A DNA stretch of 64,000 nt from an uncultured Methanocellales archaeon (GCA_964631075.1 CAZVYP010000001.1:26647-90646); one strand, 5' to 3'. Positions 49,932 through 60,137 are shown, counted from the first letter of the stretch. Made by a program: numbers and translations. The notes: a model not told the origin generated them from the letters alone.

Positions 49932-50429
49932 ATGAACCCCAATGAAAAAGATAAAGAAATTTTGAGCATACTGGAAAATGATGCAAGAGTACCTCTCTCC
50001 GAAATTGCCACTATGTCAGCTATGTCAGAAGATGATGTTAAAAAAAGGCTGAAGGAACTTGAGAAAAACGGCGTAATAAAGAAATATAAGACAGTCATAG
50101 ACTGGGAAAAGGCAGGTGAGGAAAAAGTTACGGCAGTAATAGAGGTCAAGGTTACGCCAGAGAGGGGCAAGGGATATGACAGCGTTGCTGAGCGCATAGC
50201 GAATTTTCCAGAAGTAAGAACGGTTTATTTAGTCTCTGGAGAATACGATCTCTCGGTGGTTGTTGAGGGCAAAACGATGAAAGACGTTGCTCTCTTTGTC
50301 TCAGAAAAACTTGCGCCGATTGAGCGGGTGCATGGCACAAACTCGCATTTTATGCTCAAGAAATACAAGGAAGAGGGTATTGTTGCCTTTGAGAAGGAGG
50401 AGAATAAGCGATTGGGGATCTCGCCATGA
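49932..50429 (+). CDS. Lrp/AsnC-family transcriptional regulator
   Basis: HTH (DKEILSILENDARVPLSEIA...) plus a C-terminal RAM/AsnC_trans domain (VIEVKV... VYLVSGEYDLSVVV). Confidence 0.85.
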   Translation: MNPNEKDKEILSILENDARVPLSEIATMSAMSEDDVKKRLKELEKNGVIKKYKTVIDWEKAGEEKVTAVIEVKVTPERGKGYDSVAERIANFPEVRTVYLVSGEYDLSVVVEGKTMKDVALFVSEKLAPIERVHGTNSHFMLKKYKEEGIVAFEKEENKRLGISP

Positions 50430-51616
50430 GGTTCATTGCAGATAGCGTGAAAAGTGTTCCTCCGTCAGGGATAAGAAAGTTCTTCGACATGGTACTGGGA
50501 ATGAAGGACGTGGTATCTCTTGGAGTGGGAGAGCCTGACTTCGTGACTCCCTGGAAGGTGCGGGAGGCATGCATATACGCTCTTGAAAAAGGATACACCT
50601 CATATACCTCAAATATGGGAATGATAGAGCTAAGAGAAGCGATAGCCGGGCACATCAGAAAGGATCAGGCGCTGCACTTTGATCCGAAAACCGAGGTTCT
50701 GATCACAACTGGCGTGAGCGAGGGACTGGACTTAGCCATAAGGGCAACCACCAATCCTGGTGATGAGGTACTCGTGGTCGAGCCATGCTATGTTTCCTAC
50801 AAGCCGAACGTGGTTTTTGCGGGAGGTTTACCAGTGGTGGTGCCGACCAGCATCGAAAACGACTTCAAGGTAACTCCGGAGGCAATAGTTGAAAGGATAA
50901 GTGAGAAGACGAAGTCGCTGCTGATAAGCTATCCAAATAATCCTACCGGAGCAATAATGACCAAAAAAGAGCTGGAGAAAATAGCTGACATCGCAAACGA
51001 GTACGATCTGATAGTGATCTCTGACGAGGTCTATGATAAGCTGACATATGAGGGCAAGCACTGCTGCTTCTCAACGCTCAACGGGATGCAGGAAAGAACA
51101 ATATTACTTAACGGATTCTCCAAGGCATACGCGATGACCGGCTGGCGCTTGGGTTATGCCTGTGGAGACGGAGAGATAATCGATGCGATGAACAAGGTCC
51201 ATCAATACACCATGCTCTGCGCACCGATTACCGCTCAGATGGCAGCGATTGAGGCGCTTAAAAGCGCTGAAGAAGATATGCGCGCAATGGTCCGCGAATA
51301 TGATCGCAGAAGGCGGCTAATCGTCGACGGCTTTAACAAGCTCGGGCTTACCTGCTTCGAGCCAAAAGGTGCCTTCTACGCCTTCCCTTCGATCAAAAGC
51401 ACAGGCATGAGCGACGAGGAGTTCGCGGAAAAGCTGCTGTTCGAGCAGAAAGTGGCAATCGTACCCGGAAGTGTGTTCGGCGAAAGTGGCACGGGACACG
51501 TGAGATGCGCCTATGCGGCTTCGAGAGAGAAAATCAAAATAGCTCTGGAGAGAATAGAAACATTTCTGGAATCAAAGAGCATCAAAATACCTCGCGAGAA
51601 GGTCAAAAATAAATGA
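50426..51616 (+). CDS. Class I/II pyridoxal-phosphate aminotransferase (aspartate/aromatic aminotransferase-like)
   Basis: LGVGEPDF, YPNNPTGA, FSKAYAMTGWRLGY motifs. Paralog of 33..1109. Overlaps the lrp stop. Confidence 0.85.
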   Translation: MRFIADSVKSVPPSGIRKFFDMVLGMKDVVSLGVGEPDFVTPWKVREACIYALEKGYTSYTSNMGMIELREAIAGHIRKDQALHFDPKTEVLITTGVSEGLDLAIRATTNPGDEVLVVEPCYVSYKPNVVFAGGLPVVVPTSIENDFKVTPEAIVERISEKTKSLLISYPNNPTGAIMTKKELEKIADIANEYDLIVISDEVYDKLTYEGKHCCFSTLNGMQERTILLNGFSKAYAMTGWRLGYACGDGEIIDAMNKVHQYTMLCAPITAQMAAIEALKSAEEDMRAMVREYDRRRRLIVDGFNKLGLTCFEPKGAFYAFPSIKSTGMSDEEFAEKLLFEQKVAIVPGSVFGESGTGHVRCAYAASREKIKIALERIETFLESKSIKIPREKVKNK

Positions 51617-52431
51617 TGCTAGGGGTAAAAGTCTCGCCTTGCGACTACAGGCAAATGCTCGAAGTGAAGCCGGAGGCAGTGGAGTTCTCCCTTCAGGAAA
51701 AGGATTTGAAAGGCTACTGGGTAGAGGGACTGGATCTCGACTATTTTTTTCCCAACCTGATTGTCCATGCTCCAATTCTATTTGAGAATGGCTCTCTCGT
51801 TGATATAGCTGCAGAAGATAAAGAACTCAGGAAAAAGAGCCTCTTAATAATCTTAAAAACGTTCGAACTCGCATGCAAGCTTTGCGAGTCCGGTTGTTTT
51901 AAGAATAACCCAGTAGTGGTGCTGCATCCGGGCGGAATAGCAAAGCAGGAAATAGAAATACCAGAGCAGCGCCTGAAAGAATCAATCGAAAAAATTCTGT
52001 CTCAGGTAGACTCGACCCGCTATGTCTCCACCATTGAAAACATGCCCCAGTTTTACAGGTATAAAAATGAACTGTATACTGCAAATATATTCAAGAAAAA
52101 GGATGAGATAACCAGATTACTGGAGCACTTACAGATAAAGCTCTGCCTAGATCTATCGCACGCGAAGCTATATTGCAACCATGCCAGCCTCGATTTCTAC
52201 GATTACATACGAAGCCTCTCACCGTACACAGTACACATTCACGCTTCTGATGCCCGAGGAGTGAGCGGCGAGGGCGTGCAGATTGGGGAAGGTGAGATAG
52301 ACTTCAAAAAAACTCTGGCAATTTTCAAGAATAGAGATGTTACGATAGTGCCGGAGGTAAAAGGCGGTCACGATAACAGAGGAGAAGGATTTAAAACTGC
52401 TCTCGAAAGGCTTCGAAGCATAGACTGCTAA
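51613..52431 (+). CDS. Xylose isomerase-like TIM-barrel protein (sugar phosphate isomerase/epimerase family)
   Basis: 272 aa. VVLHPGG and CLDLSHA resemble AP-endonuclease-2/xylose-isomerase-like barrels. Start overlaps the aminotransferase stop. Assignment is weak. Confidence 0.4.
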   Translation: MMLGVKVSPCDYRQMLEVKPEAVEFSLQEKDLKGYWVEGLDLDYFFPNLIVHAPILFENGSLVDIAAEDKELRKKSLLIILKTFELACKLCESGCFKNNPVVVLHPGGIAKQEIEIPEQRLKESIEKILSQVDSTRYVSTIENMPQFYRYKNELYTANIFKKKDEITRLLEHLQIKLCLDLSHAKLYCNHASLDFYDYIRSLSPYTVHIHASDARGVSGEGVQIGEGEIDFKKTLAIFKNRDVTIVPEVKGGHDNRGEGFKTALERLRSIDC

Positions 52432-52434
52432 AAA

Positions 52435-52656
52435 TCACTTCAGCCAGAGCTCGCATCTTTTGTCAGCGGAATCAAAATGAAAATTAATCTTGTCCTCACG
52501 CGCCAGCCATCCGATTGCCATGTAAATAGTGTTTTTCTCAACTTTAGCTTCATAGCTGACATCTGAGACCAGCTTTGTGACTGAAGTTCTCCCGTGCTTT
52601 TGCAGATAGTGCCACACGATACCTGCGGTCTCACCAACTTTCTTTTTCATCTCCAT
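52435..52656 (-). CDS. Small winged-helix protein (DUF2582-like)
   Basis: 73 aa. KKVGETAGIVWHYLQKHGRTSVTKL ... AIGWLAREDKI follows the DUF2582 wHTH pattern. Confidence 0.5.
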   Translation of the reverse strand: MEMKKKVGETAGIVWHYLQKHGRTSVTKLVSDVSYEAKVEKNTIYMAIGWLAREDKINFHFDSADKRCELWLK

Positions 52657-52680
52657 TTAGCTCAACCATCATTAATAAGC

Positions 52681-53916
52681 TCAATTAAACATATAATTTT
52701 TGATAGCTCTCTGCTCTCTGAATACAATCGAAGCCAAAAACGCTATCAGCATGCTCACAAAGCAAAATTTGAAAATCAAACCATAGCCTCCCGATAGATG
52801 ATAGCCAATTGCAGATTGATAGCTCGCAGCACCCAGAAAGAAAAAAATATTGACGCTGCCAAGTGCTGTGCCAACTATTTCCCCGGAAAACATCTCCTTC
52901 GCTATGGTCATCATTATAAAGAAAACTCCGAAGGACAGTCCAAGGCTGAAGCATACAATTGATAGAGAAGCGAAGTTCAATTTATCAGTGAAAAAAGCAA
53001 GGGGAACCCAGGCAAGTGTGTATATCCCGAGTCCGGCCACAAAAACCGGTTTTCTCCTTGCGAGTAATCGGTCGGATATAAATCCACCGAGAGGACAGCC
53101 GATTATCATTCCTATTCCAATGAACATCAGCACACTGCCTGCAGTTGCTTTATCAAAGCCATAAATCTCAATCAAAAACGGACCGCCCCAGAGGCCCTGA
53201 AAGCTCATCAGCGTGCCATAGGATAGAAACGCCACGATTGCAAGCATCCAAAAATCCTTATTCCTGAATATAATTGAAATCGCCCTACGCATCTCATAGT
53301 TTTCTTTACACCCTCTCTCAATTTCCATATCTAAGGGAGAATCACGCACGACAGACCAGGCGATTACTGTCAAAATGAGGGTAATAATGGCGATCAATGC
53401 GAATGAATTGCGCCAGCCAATTAAGACGGTGAGCAGCGCAAGTGGCGCTGAGGCAACGAGCCCGCCAAAATTTCCAACCGCAACGAGCATGCCGTTTAAA
53501 GTTGCAAACTCATTGGCATGGAACCACTCCGCTATTATTTTCAAAGCCGGAATAAAAACGCCGCCAACTCCAAAGCCGATCAGCGCTCTGCCAGTTGAAA
53601 GCATCACAACGTCCTGAGCGAATGCGAATAAAATTGTGCCGAAAAATGCTATTAGGCTGAAAAGAGCAACGGTTTTTCTGGGACCGAAAGAATCAGAGAG
53701 CACGCCGATTGGAATCTGAACTAATGCATAGGAATAAAAATAGGCGGCGCTCATCAGCCCGAGAACTGCTCCACCCGCTTCGAAGTCTCGCATAAGGTCA
53801 AAGGCGATAACCGCAGGCGACACCCTTTGGAAATAAACCAGAAAGTACAGGCAGGCGAGTGATGTAAAGATGTACCAGCGATAGCGACCTGCGCTCGTAT
53901 TCATACCTTCTGCCAC
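52681..53916 (-). CDS. MFS transporter
   Basis: 411 aa, 12 predicted TM spans, MFS loop motif GxLSDRLLARRK between TM2 and TM3. Confidence 0.8.
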   Translation of the reverse strand: MAEGMNTSAGRYRWYIFTSLACLYFLVYFQRVSPAVIAFDLMRDFEAGGAVLGLMSAAYFYSYALVQIPIGVLSDSFGPRKTVALFSLIAFFGTILFAFAQDVVMLSTGRALIGFGVGGVFIPALKIIAEWFHANEFATLNGMLVAVGNFGGLVASAPLALLTVLIGWRNSFALIAIITLILTVIAWSVVRDSPLDMEIERGCKENYEMRRAISIIFRNKDFWMLAIVAFLSYGTLMSFQGLWGGPFLIEIYGFDKATAGSVLMFIGIGMIIGCPLGGFISDRLLARRKPVFVAGLGIYTLAWVPLAFFTDKLNFASLSIVCFSLGLSFGVFFIMMTIAKEMFSGEIVGTALGSVNIFFFLGAASYQSAIGYHLSGGYGLIFKFCFVSMLIAFLASIVFREQRAIKNYMFN

Positions 53917-53988
53917 AAATACTCTTAACCTTAAATAACTATTTGTACCAGCAAAATACCAATATGCACAGGGAAGCAGAGGAGCGCT

Positions 53989-54354
53989 ATGAAGCTAGGC
54001 GTAGAATTACATTTCGATGCATCACACAGCATTCCGGCACATGAGGGGAGATGCAAAAATATTCACGGCCACACCTATACCGTTGAAGTGGTAATCGAAG
54101 GAAAAGTTGAGAAGAAGTCTCACATGATCATCGACTATTTCATCCTGAAAAAGATTGTGGCAGAGGTGCTGGAAAAACTTGACCACGAGTATCTCAATGA
54201 TATTATAGGCTATGCAACCAGCGAGAGAATAGCCCAGCATATCTATAAAGAAGTGAAAAAAAAACTCAAAAGCTACAATGCAGAGCTGATATCAGTGCAG
54301 CTCTGGGAAGGACTTGGCAAATGGGTTAAAGTTGAAAAGGGGGATGAGTATTAA
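53989..54354 (+). CDS. queD: 6-carboxy-5,6,7,8-tetrahydropterin synthase QueD (PTPS family)
   Basis: DASHSIP..EGRCKNIHGHTY gives the Cys and His zinc ligands of the QueD/PTPS family. 121 aa. Confidence 0.8.
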   Translation: MKLGVELHFDASHSIPAHEGRCKNIHGHTYTVEVVIEGKVEKKSHMIIDYFILKKIVAEVLEKLDHEYLNDIIGYATSERIAQHIYKEVKKKLKSYNAELISVQLWEGLGKWVKVEKGDEY

Positions 54355-54355
54355 G

Positions 54356-54928
54356 ATGACATTGAAGCTCAAAGTATTGAACAAGCGCCTGAATTACGAT
54401 GGAACGCAACTTAGACCCCTCTGGGCGTTTGAGGTATTCGGAGTGCATGGCAGCTCAATCGTTGTTTTCCGCGGGGGAATGAATGTTTCAAGAGAGCAAA
54501 TTCGAGATTTGAAAGATAAGAGAGAGGGAAAAGAGATCAAAGGCGAAGACCTCATACACTTCATCATAGAGGTCATCGCTCCCCCGGGCGATTTGAAGCA
54601 TGCCTATTATGCACAGCGATTGCTGCTCTGCATTGCAAAGGATGCTCTGACAAGGCTTGGTGTTAATGCGAGTCGAGATGGGGGCGATCTTTACTGCGAT
54701 GGAAAAAAGCTGAGCGTAAGCATCGCAAGCTCCAGCCTGAATGGCTACAAAATCCATCTGGGGATAAACATTACATCCCGAAAAACACCGAAAGAAGCCA
54801 GTGCTATTGGTTTGAAGGAAATCGACAGAAAGCTAAAGCCAGTCGAATTTGCTAAAACGGTGGCGAAGCAGTTCGCAACGGAGTTTGAGGATATTGAACT
54901 GGATACTGCAAAGACCAGAGCATTTTAG
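54356..54928 (+). CDS. DUF366-family protein (7-deazaguanine pathway-associated)
   Basis: ~190-aa protein immediately after queD and before queC, resembling archaeal DUF366 proteins. Start taken at MTLKLKVLNK just after the queD stop (ORF-track start 54314 overlaps queD). Confidence 0.5.
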   Translation: MTLKLKVLNKRLNYDGTQLRPLWAFEVFGVHGSSIVVFRGGMNVSREQIRDLKDKREGKEIKGEDLIHFIIEVIAPPGDLKHAYYAQRLLLCIAKDALTRLGVNASRDGGDLYCDGKKLSVSIASSSLNGYKIHLGINITSRKTPKEASAIGLKEIDRKLKPVEFAKTVAKQFATEFEDIELDTAKTRAF

Positions 54929-54936
54929 GTATTTTT

Positions 54937-55623
54937 ATGAAGGCGTTTGTGCTGCTCTCATCCGGGCTTGATTCTGCAGTTGCATTTAAAAAAGCATACG
55001 ATGAGTTTGAAGAAGTGAGATGTCTCACCTTTGATTACGGTCAAAGAGCAAGACTAAGAGAGCTCCAGTATTCCAGAAAAATTTGCGCGCTATACAGGGT
55101 CAAGCAATACATTGTCCGGCTTCCGTGGTATGAAAAATTCGGCAGTGCTCTTACGCAGAAAAGAAAAAAGATGCCTGTTTTGAGCGAGCAGGATCTGGGT
55201 GATGCCTCGAAGGCAAGAATCTCAGCATCTGAGGTGTGGGTTCCGGCCAGGAATACCGTTTTTCTCGGCGTTGCAGCCAGCTACTGTGAAAATTTCGGAT
55301 TTGAAGCAATTGTAGCTGGCTTTGATGCAGAAGAAGCAGCAACCTTTCCGGATAACTCCTCGCGGTTCGTTTCAAGCTTTAACGCCATGCTGAGATATGG
55401 TGCGATGAGACAAATAAAAGTGCTTGCCCCGTTGGTTAAAATGAATAAAGCAGAGATCGTAGCTCTCGGGATAAAGATCAAGGCGCCGCTTGAGTGGTCA
55501 TGGTCATGCTACACCTCTCATAAGAAGCCCTGCTGCAAATGTGAATCGTGTGCCAGGAGAAGACGTGCCTTTAAATTAACCGGAGAAAAGGATCCCCTGC
55601 TTGTAAGAATAGGGATGGAATGA
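54937..55623 (+). CDS. queC: 7-cyano-7-deazaguanine synthase QueC
   Basis: PP-loop LLSSGLDS and C-terminal zinc cluster (CYTSH...CCKCESC), as in QueC. Confidence 0.85.
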   Translation: MKAFVLLSSGLDSAVAFKKAYDEFEEVRCLTFDYGQRARLRELQYSRKICALYRVKQYIVRLPWYEKFGSALTQKRKKMPVLSEQDLGDASKARISASEVWVPARNTVFLGVAASYCENFGFEAIVAGFDAEEAATFPDNSSRFVSSFNAMLRYGAMRQIKVLAPLVKMNKAEIVALGIKIKAPLEWSWSCYTSHKKPCCKCESCARRRRAFKLTGEKDPLLVRIGME

Positions 55624-55688
55624 GCTTTTCGCGGGATTAATTTTTCCAAGCAAATTTAAATAGCTCCATAGCCAAATTAAATTCATAT

Positions 55689-56207
55689 ATGCAAAAAGAC
55701 AGGGCTGACACCTACAGGGTCTATGACTTGCTGAATAGCTCGGGATTGAGATGCGTGTTAAAGAGCTATGTAAACTGGTATGTTGTCAGCATACTGTACT
55801 ATCAACCTCAGGGAATGACCTCCACGATGATTTACGAAAATTACAGAAAATGTCCGGTCGAGCCAAGCATGGCAAGAGAGCTGAGGGAGTCACGCTCCTG
55901 CGTGATTGTGCATCTCAATGAGCTGGAAGCAGAAGGCGTTGTTCAAAAAGGGCTTTTCAAGCAATATGTGCTCACTGAGAAGGGTAAAAGGATATATGAA
56001 AATATCTCGAAGCTTAACCGAGAGGTAAAGGCAGAGATGAAGACTCAGGTAAAGCCAGCAATTGTTCCAGCAATACCAGCGCCAGCACAGCCGATTAAGT
56101 TACAAGAAAAAGAACCGGAAAAGGAGATAAAAATAAAATCAAAAGAAATCGAGATTAAAGAAATTCAAGAAATAAAAAAAGCCAGGATCGGGCGCAAGCG
56201 CACTTAG
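55689..56207 (+). CDS. Hypothetical protein with possible wHTH and Lys/Glu-rich tail
   Basis: 172 aa. The central segment VIVHLNELEAEGVVQKGLFKQYVLTEKGKRIY is wHTH-like. C-terminal EKEIKIKSKEIEIKEIQEIKK is low-complexity. Confidence 0.3.
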   Translation: MQKDRADTYRVYDLLNSSGLRCVLKSYVNWYVVSILYYQPQGMTSTMIYENYRKCPVEPSMARELRESRSCVIVHLNELEAEGVVQKGLFKQYVLTEKGKRIYENISKLNREVKAEMKTQVKPAIVPAIPAPAQPIKLQEKEPEKEIKIKSKEIEIKEIQEIKKARIGRKRT

Positions 56208-56872
56208 GCATATTTCTTGGTAGCTTCAAAGAGCGACTCCACTTCTTTATCCATCGTCTCAATATCACTCGTCTCAACCTTTATTGTGCCCTTGCAGACC
56301 TTCTCCCCCACCTGTATAACCGGCTCGCAGGACTGCAGACTGCCGCGGAAAATTACATTTTCAAGCACGCTCAACCGCAGGCAATCCACAAACATCTTCT
56401 TTTTGACCAGATCGAGACACAGCGGGCGATAGAAGCAGCGGTTTATCTCCACTTTTATGAGCTCGTCGCTGCCGCTAACGCTATCCTTTTCATGAACATA
56501 TCCAGCGGTCTTGCAGTCTTCAACATACTTTTTTGCAACCTCAAATGGACTGTTAACTTCTATCTCGATGCCAGAGCGCTTCTTCTGAAAGGTCAGCCAG
56601 AAAGACCCGGCCCAGGAGAGCAATTGAGTCCTCGCTACACGGTCATCGCGCATCCCGTAGTATAATCCGTATGCCCAGGCAAGCGCTGCATTCGCAAGCA
56701 TCTCTATCTCTTCGGGCTTGACCGGCTTAATTTTTTTCTTCTTAGTTTTAAGGACAGCTTCGGTGGCTGATATTGATATTCCCCCGCTAAGCCTATGCTG
56801 GGAGCTATAATAAAACTTATCCCCAAAGGAGAAATCCAGGTTTACTCCTGTTGACTGCTCTTCCTTATGCAA
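56204..56872 (-). CDS. Hypothetical protein
   Basis: 222-aa ORF with good length, no recognised motifs. Convergent with the previous gene. Confidence 0.3.
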   Translation of the reverse strand: MHKEEQSTGVNLDFSFGDKFYYSSQHRLSGGISISATEAVLKTKKKKIKPVKPEEIEMLANAALAWAYGLYYGMRDDRVARTQLLSWAGSFWLTFQKKRSGIEIEVNSPFEVAKKYVEDCKTAGYVHEKDSVSGSDELIKVEINRCFYRPLCLDLVKKKMFVDCLRLSVLENVIFRGSLQSCEPVIQVGEKVCKGTIKVETSDIETMDKEVESLFEATKKYA

Positions 56873-56899
56873 AGCAAGGCTGGCTAACCAAGTCCTCCT

Positions 56900-57448
56900 C
56901 TATTGCTTTAGCCTTAGATATCTGTCCTTGATCCCGGCTTTCTCTAGCTCTTTCAGTCTCTCTGTTTTGCTTTTTTCTTTGACTATGCTTCTGATGGTCT
57001 CAAGAACCTCCCAGGGAAAGACTACCCATGCGCTGGTCTCAACTACGAACAAATCAGGGGTTACTTTTGTGCGGGGTTTTTTTACCAGTGTAACCGTAAA
57101 AATATCTGTAGCACCCTTTTCTTTTAAATGGTGCATCGCGAGTTCAAGGCTCTCGCCTGTATCGGCTATGTCATCCACGAGCAGGACTCTTTTGCCCTCT
57201 AGGCTTACCGGAACTGGATAAACGATTGCTGGTTTCCTAGCTCTCTTATCTATGGAGGTATAGAATTTTATCCTCATCGTAAATAGCTCATCGATATTAA
57301 GCATATCCGAAAGGATTCGTGCGGGTGTCCAGCCCCCTCTTGCAATGCCTACTATAATCTCAGGCTTGAACCCGCTTCTCTCTATCTTATTGCACAGTAC
57401 CTCGCAGTGTTTTTCTATCTCATCCCAGGTTAGCCTCAGGTATTCCAT
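56900..57448 (-). CDS. Purine phosphoribosyltransferase (HGPRT-like, type I PRTase)
   Basis: PRPP-binding motif VLLVDDIADTGESL and 182-aa size, typical of archaeal hypoxanthine/guanine PRTases. Confidence 0.7.
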   Translation of the reverse strand: MEYLRLTWDEIEKHCEVLCNKIERSGFKPEIIVGIARGGWTPARILSDMLNIDELFTMRIKFYTSIDKRARKPAIVYPVPVSLEGKRVLLVDDIADTGESLELAMHHLKEKGATDIFTVTLVKKPRTKVTPDLFVVETSAWVVFPWEVLETIRSIVKEKSKTERLKELEKAGIKDRYLRLKQ

Positions 57449-57525
57449 TGCGAGTTCAATTAGAAAACAAACTACTTTATATTATCGCTTTATATTAGAG
57501 ATGGGAAATAATAGCAGGGATTAAA

Positions 57526-58281
57526 ATGCAGGAAGCAATAGTTAGAGAGCTTTTTAACAGCGTTCAGGGGGAGGGGTTATATGTAGGTACAAGACAGGTA
57601 TTTGTGCGCTTTCAGGGCTGCCCTCTGCGCTGCAGCTACTGCGATTCCAGCGAGACTTGGAGTTATAAGCTTGAGCGCTGCCGGGTTGAAAAAACGCCGG
57701 GAGAAAGGGATTTCTACAGCATTAAAAATCCGCTTAATACAGACTCGCTTTTAAAAATCCTTGAAAAGCTCTGGCTGCCTTCAACGAAGCACGTAAGTTT
57801 AACTGGCGGAGAACCCCTGCTCTTCGCCAGCTACATAGAAGAGCTTGCTTCCAGGACTGACAGAGAGCTGTATCTGGAAACAAATTCTGCGCTCCCTGCA
57901 AATGCCGAGCAGATCAAGCACTGCATAAGCATCGCTTCATGCGACGTTAAGCTGCCTGAGCATGACAATTTTGCAGACTACAACCAGCTTTTGAAAGACG
58001 AGCTTGAGACAATAAAAATCTTCCATAATGCAAAGGTAGATGTTTTTGCGAAGATCGTGGTGCTGGAGGAAACAACTCCTGCCAGTTTATCTCCCGCTTT
58101 AGAAGGTATAGCCAGAGTTTCAAAGAAAATTCCTCTTGTGCTTCAGCCTGTTACTCCAGCCGCGAAAGTAAAAGTCTCTCCCAGTGCAAGAAAGCTGCTG
58201 GAATTGATGGAGTTCGCAGGTAAGAAGCTATCGTGGGTTAGAGCGATTCCTCAGGTGCATAAGATCATGGGGCAGCTTTAG
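57526..58281 (+). CDS. queE: 7-carboxy-7-deazaguanine synthase QueE (radical SAM)
   Basis: FNSVQGEGLYVGTRQVFVRFQGCPLRCSYCDS gives the QueE N-terminus with a Cx3Cx2C-type cluster. Confidence 0.8.
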   Translation: MQEAIVRELFNSVQGEGLYVGTRQVFVRFQGCPLRCSYCDSSETWSYKLERCRVEKTPGERDFYSIKNPLNTDSLLKILEKLWLPSTKHVSLTGGEPLLFASYIEELASRTDRELYLETNSALPANAEQIKHCISIASCDVKLPEHDNFADYNQLLKDELETIKIFHNAKVDVFAKIVVLEETTPASLSPALEGIARVSKKIPLVLQPVTPAAKVKVSPSARKLLELMEFAGKKLSWVRAIPQVHKIMGQL

Positions 58282-59734
58282 ATCTGGAAACCACCTTTAC
58301 CAACTTTGTATTTATCTCCAGATTGGCATTTTTCAGAAACCAGCTGGTCAGTTCTTCATTCGGGTCAACGTAATCTATATCATAGTCCACCACATACCAG
58401 GTTTTATTGCAGCCTGAGCTCAGCTTTTCCATCTCAGCAGGGGTATGATTCGCAGGCGAGATAAGCACTGTTCCATCAGAGGAGTTGTTGTAGTAATGGC
58501 CAAAAACGCCGTTATGGTATCCGGGAAGAATAACCACACAGTCGCCCTCTGAGGTCTCGTTTTTCAAAAGAGCTGCAATGCCGCGCCAGTCCTCCTTGTA
58601 AAGGCTCAGCTCGTAAACCAGCAATGTCGGGAGAGAGCTGGCGAATATTATCAGCAGTACCGCAAGAATGGTAGCGTGAAACATCTTTGGAGATTGCTTT
58701 ATATGCTGAGCGCGCTTTCTCCTCCCCCTGCCCTTCTCATCCTTCTGCTTTGTGAATGCTCTGCAGGTTTCCACTATGCCCTTTGAAATGATGAGTAGGT
58801 AAACAGGTAGCAGGAATATAATATATCTCCAGGAAAAGTCGATCAGATAGGCCGCCAGCAGGCTAAGCATGGTTGGAACCAGGAGATACAGTAACAAGAG
58901 CGTGATCTCATCCTGATTTTTTTTCTTTGAAAACCAAATGCCGAGTGCAAACAGCAGTATAAAAATCGGGAAGATAAGAAAGCCCGCGCTGAAGTTCTTG
59001 TAAATCATCGGAATGAACGTGAGCGAAGGAGACTCGCCCCATTTAACAGATGGAGATGTTTTATGGGATATTGTCAGCACAAAGCCCCAGGTCAGTGGAA
59101 TGCTCAGAATTGCAATGGCTATTAAGCTGAAAAAGAATCTGCGCCAGTCAATAGCACTTTGCTTTTTCCAGAGCACAAGGTAGATGCTCAGGTATGATAA
59201 AACTGCAAGTGCCGTAAAATAGTGGGAGTATATTCCGAGGCTCGTTGAGAGAATAAAACCAAGCCACAGAAAAATTTTATTCTCCTTTATTGCACGCGCA
59301 AAGAAATAGAGCGATAGCACGGCGAAGAAGCAGAGCATTGTATAGGCTCTTGCTTCCTGCGAGTATTTTATGTGCATGTAAGATATTGAGAGCAGAAATG
59401 CGCCCGCTAATCCCTCCAGCTCCCCGAAGTAATATCTGCCAATCAAATAAGCGAGTGGAATTGTTGCTATACCAAAAATCGCAGATGGCAAGCGCAGCAT
59501 CGCCTCGCTCTCTCCCATAAAATGAATAAGCAGATAATGCAGGGGAGGGTTGTTATCTTGCATGGCAGAGCTGTATACATCGATCAAACTTTCCTTGCTG
59601 GCAATATGGAAGCTGACGTATTCATCCAGCCACAGGCTGTCTTTTCCAATGCCGTACAGCCTCAAAAAGCTTCCAAGCAGAATTATGGCAATAAGCAGGG
59701 CTAAAATAATTTTGCTGAAATCAGCTCTCTCCAA
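58265..59734 (-). CDS. GT39/GT83-like (PMT/ArnT-type) membrane glycosyltransferase
   Basis: Multi-TM N-terminal half with a PLHYLLIH...LPSAIFGIATIPLAYLIGR...EARAYT pattern typical of dolichyl-phosphate-sugar dependent GT-C transferases. Soluble C-terminal domain. Confidence 0.65.
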   Translation of the reverse strand: MERADFSKIILALLIAIILLGSFLRLYGIGKDSLWLDEYVSFHIASKESLIDVYSSAMQDNNPPLHYLLIHFMGESEAMLRLPSAIFGIATIPLAYLIGRYYFGELEGLAGAFLLSISYMHIKYSQEARAYTMLCFFAVLSLYFFARAIKENKIFLWLGFILSTSLGIYSHYFTALAVLSYLSIYLVLWKKQSAIDWRRFFFSLIAIAILSIPLTWGFVLTISHKTSPSVKWGESPSLTFIPMIYKNFSAGFLIFPIFILLFALGIWFSKKKNQDEITLLLLYLLVPTMLSLLAAYLIDFSWRYIIFLLPVYLLIISKGIVETCRAFTKQKDEKGRGRRKRAQHIKQSPKMFHATILAVLLIIFASSLPTLLVYELSLYKEDWRGIAALLKNETSEGDCVVILPGYHNGVFGHYYNNSSDGTVLISPANHTPAEMEKLSSGCNKTWYVVDYDIDYVDPNEELTSWFLKNANLEINTKLVKVVSRSKAAP

Positions 59735-60131
59735 CGATGCTCACCCTTATCGTTCTCTCTCTCGGGCCGTCGAGCTCCACAAAGAAAATGCTCTGCCAGG
59801 ATCCAAGTGTAAGCAGGCTGTTTTCAACTGGAATTGTAAGGCTCGCGCCCAGGAAGATCGCTCTGAGGTGGCTATCTGCATTTTTATCGATGCGATCGTG
59901 CATGTAGCCTTCTCCCTCCGGAATGAGTGCTTGAAGCAGCTCTTCGATATCCCGGAGCAGGCCTTTTTCACCCTCATTTACGATAATTGCAGTGGTTGTG
60001 TGGGTTGTAAAAATGTTTACGAGGCCATTTTTGATCCTCGCTTTTTCAACGATCCTCTCAACTTCTCCGGTGATATTTTTAAGCTCCACTCTTCTACTTG
60101 TTTCAAGCAGGAGTTTATCCTGAAATTGCAA
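59721..60131 (-). CDS. YjbQ/UPF0047-family protein
   Basis: 136 aa. FTTHTTTAIIVNE ... HLRAIFLGASLTIPV matches the UPF0047 (secondary thiamine-phosphate synthase-like) family. Confidence 0.7.
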   Translation of the reverse strand: MQFQDKLLLETSRRVELKNITGEVERIVEKARIKNGLVNIFTTHTTTAIIVNEGEKGLLRDIEELLQALIPEGEGYMHDRIDKNADSHLRAIFLGASLTIPVENSLLTLGSWQSIFFVELDGPRERTIRVSIVGES

Positions 60132-60137
60132 GCGTGC

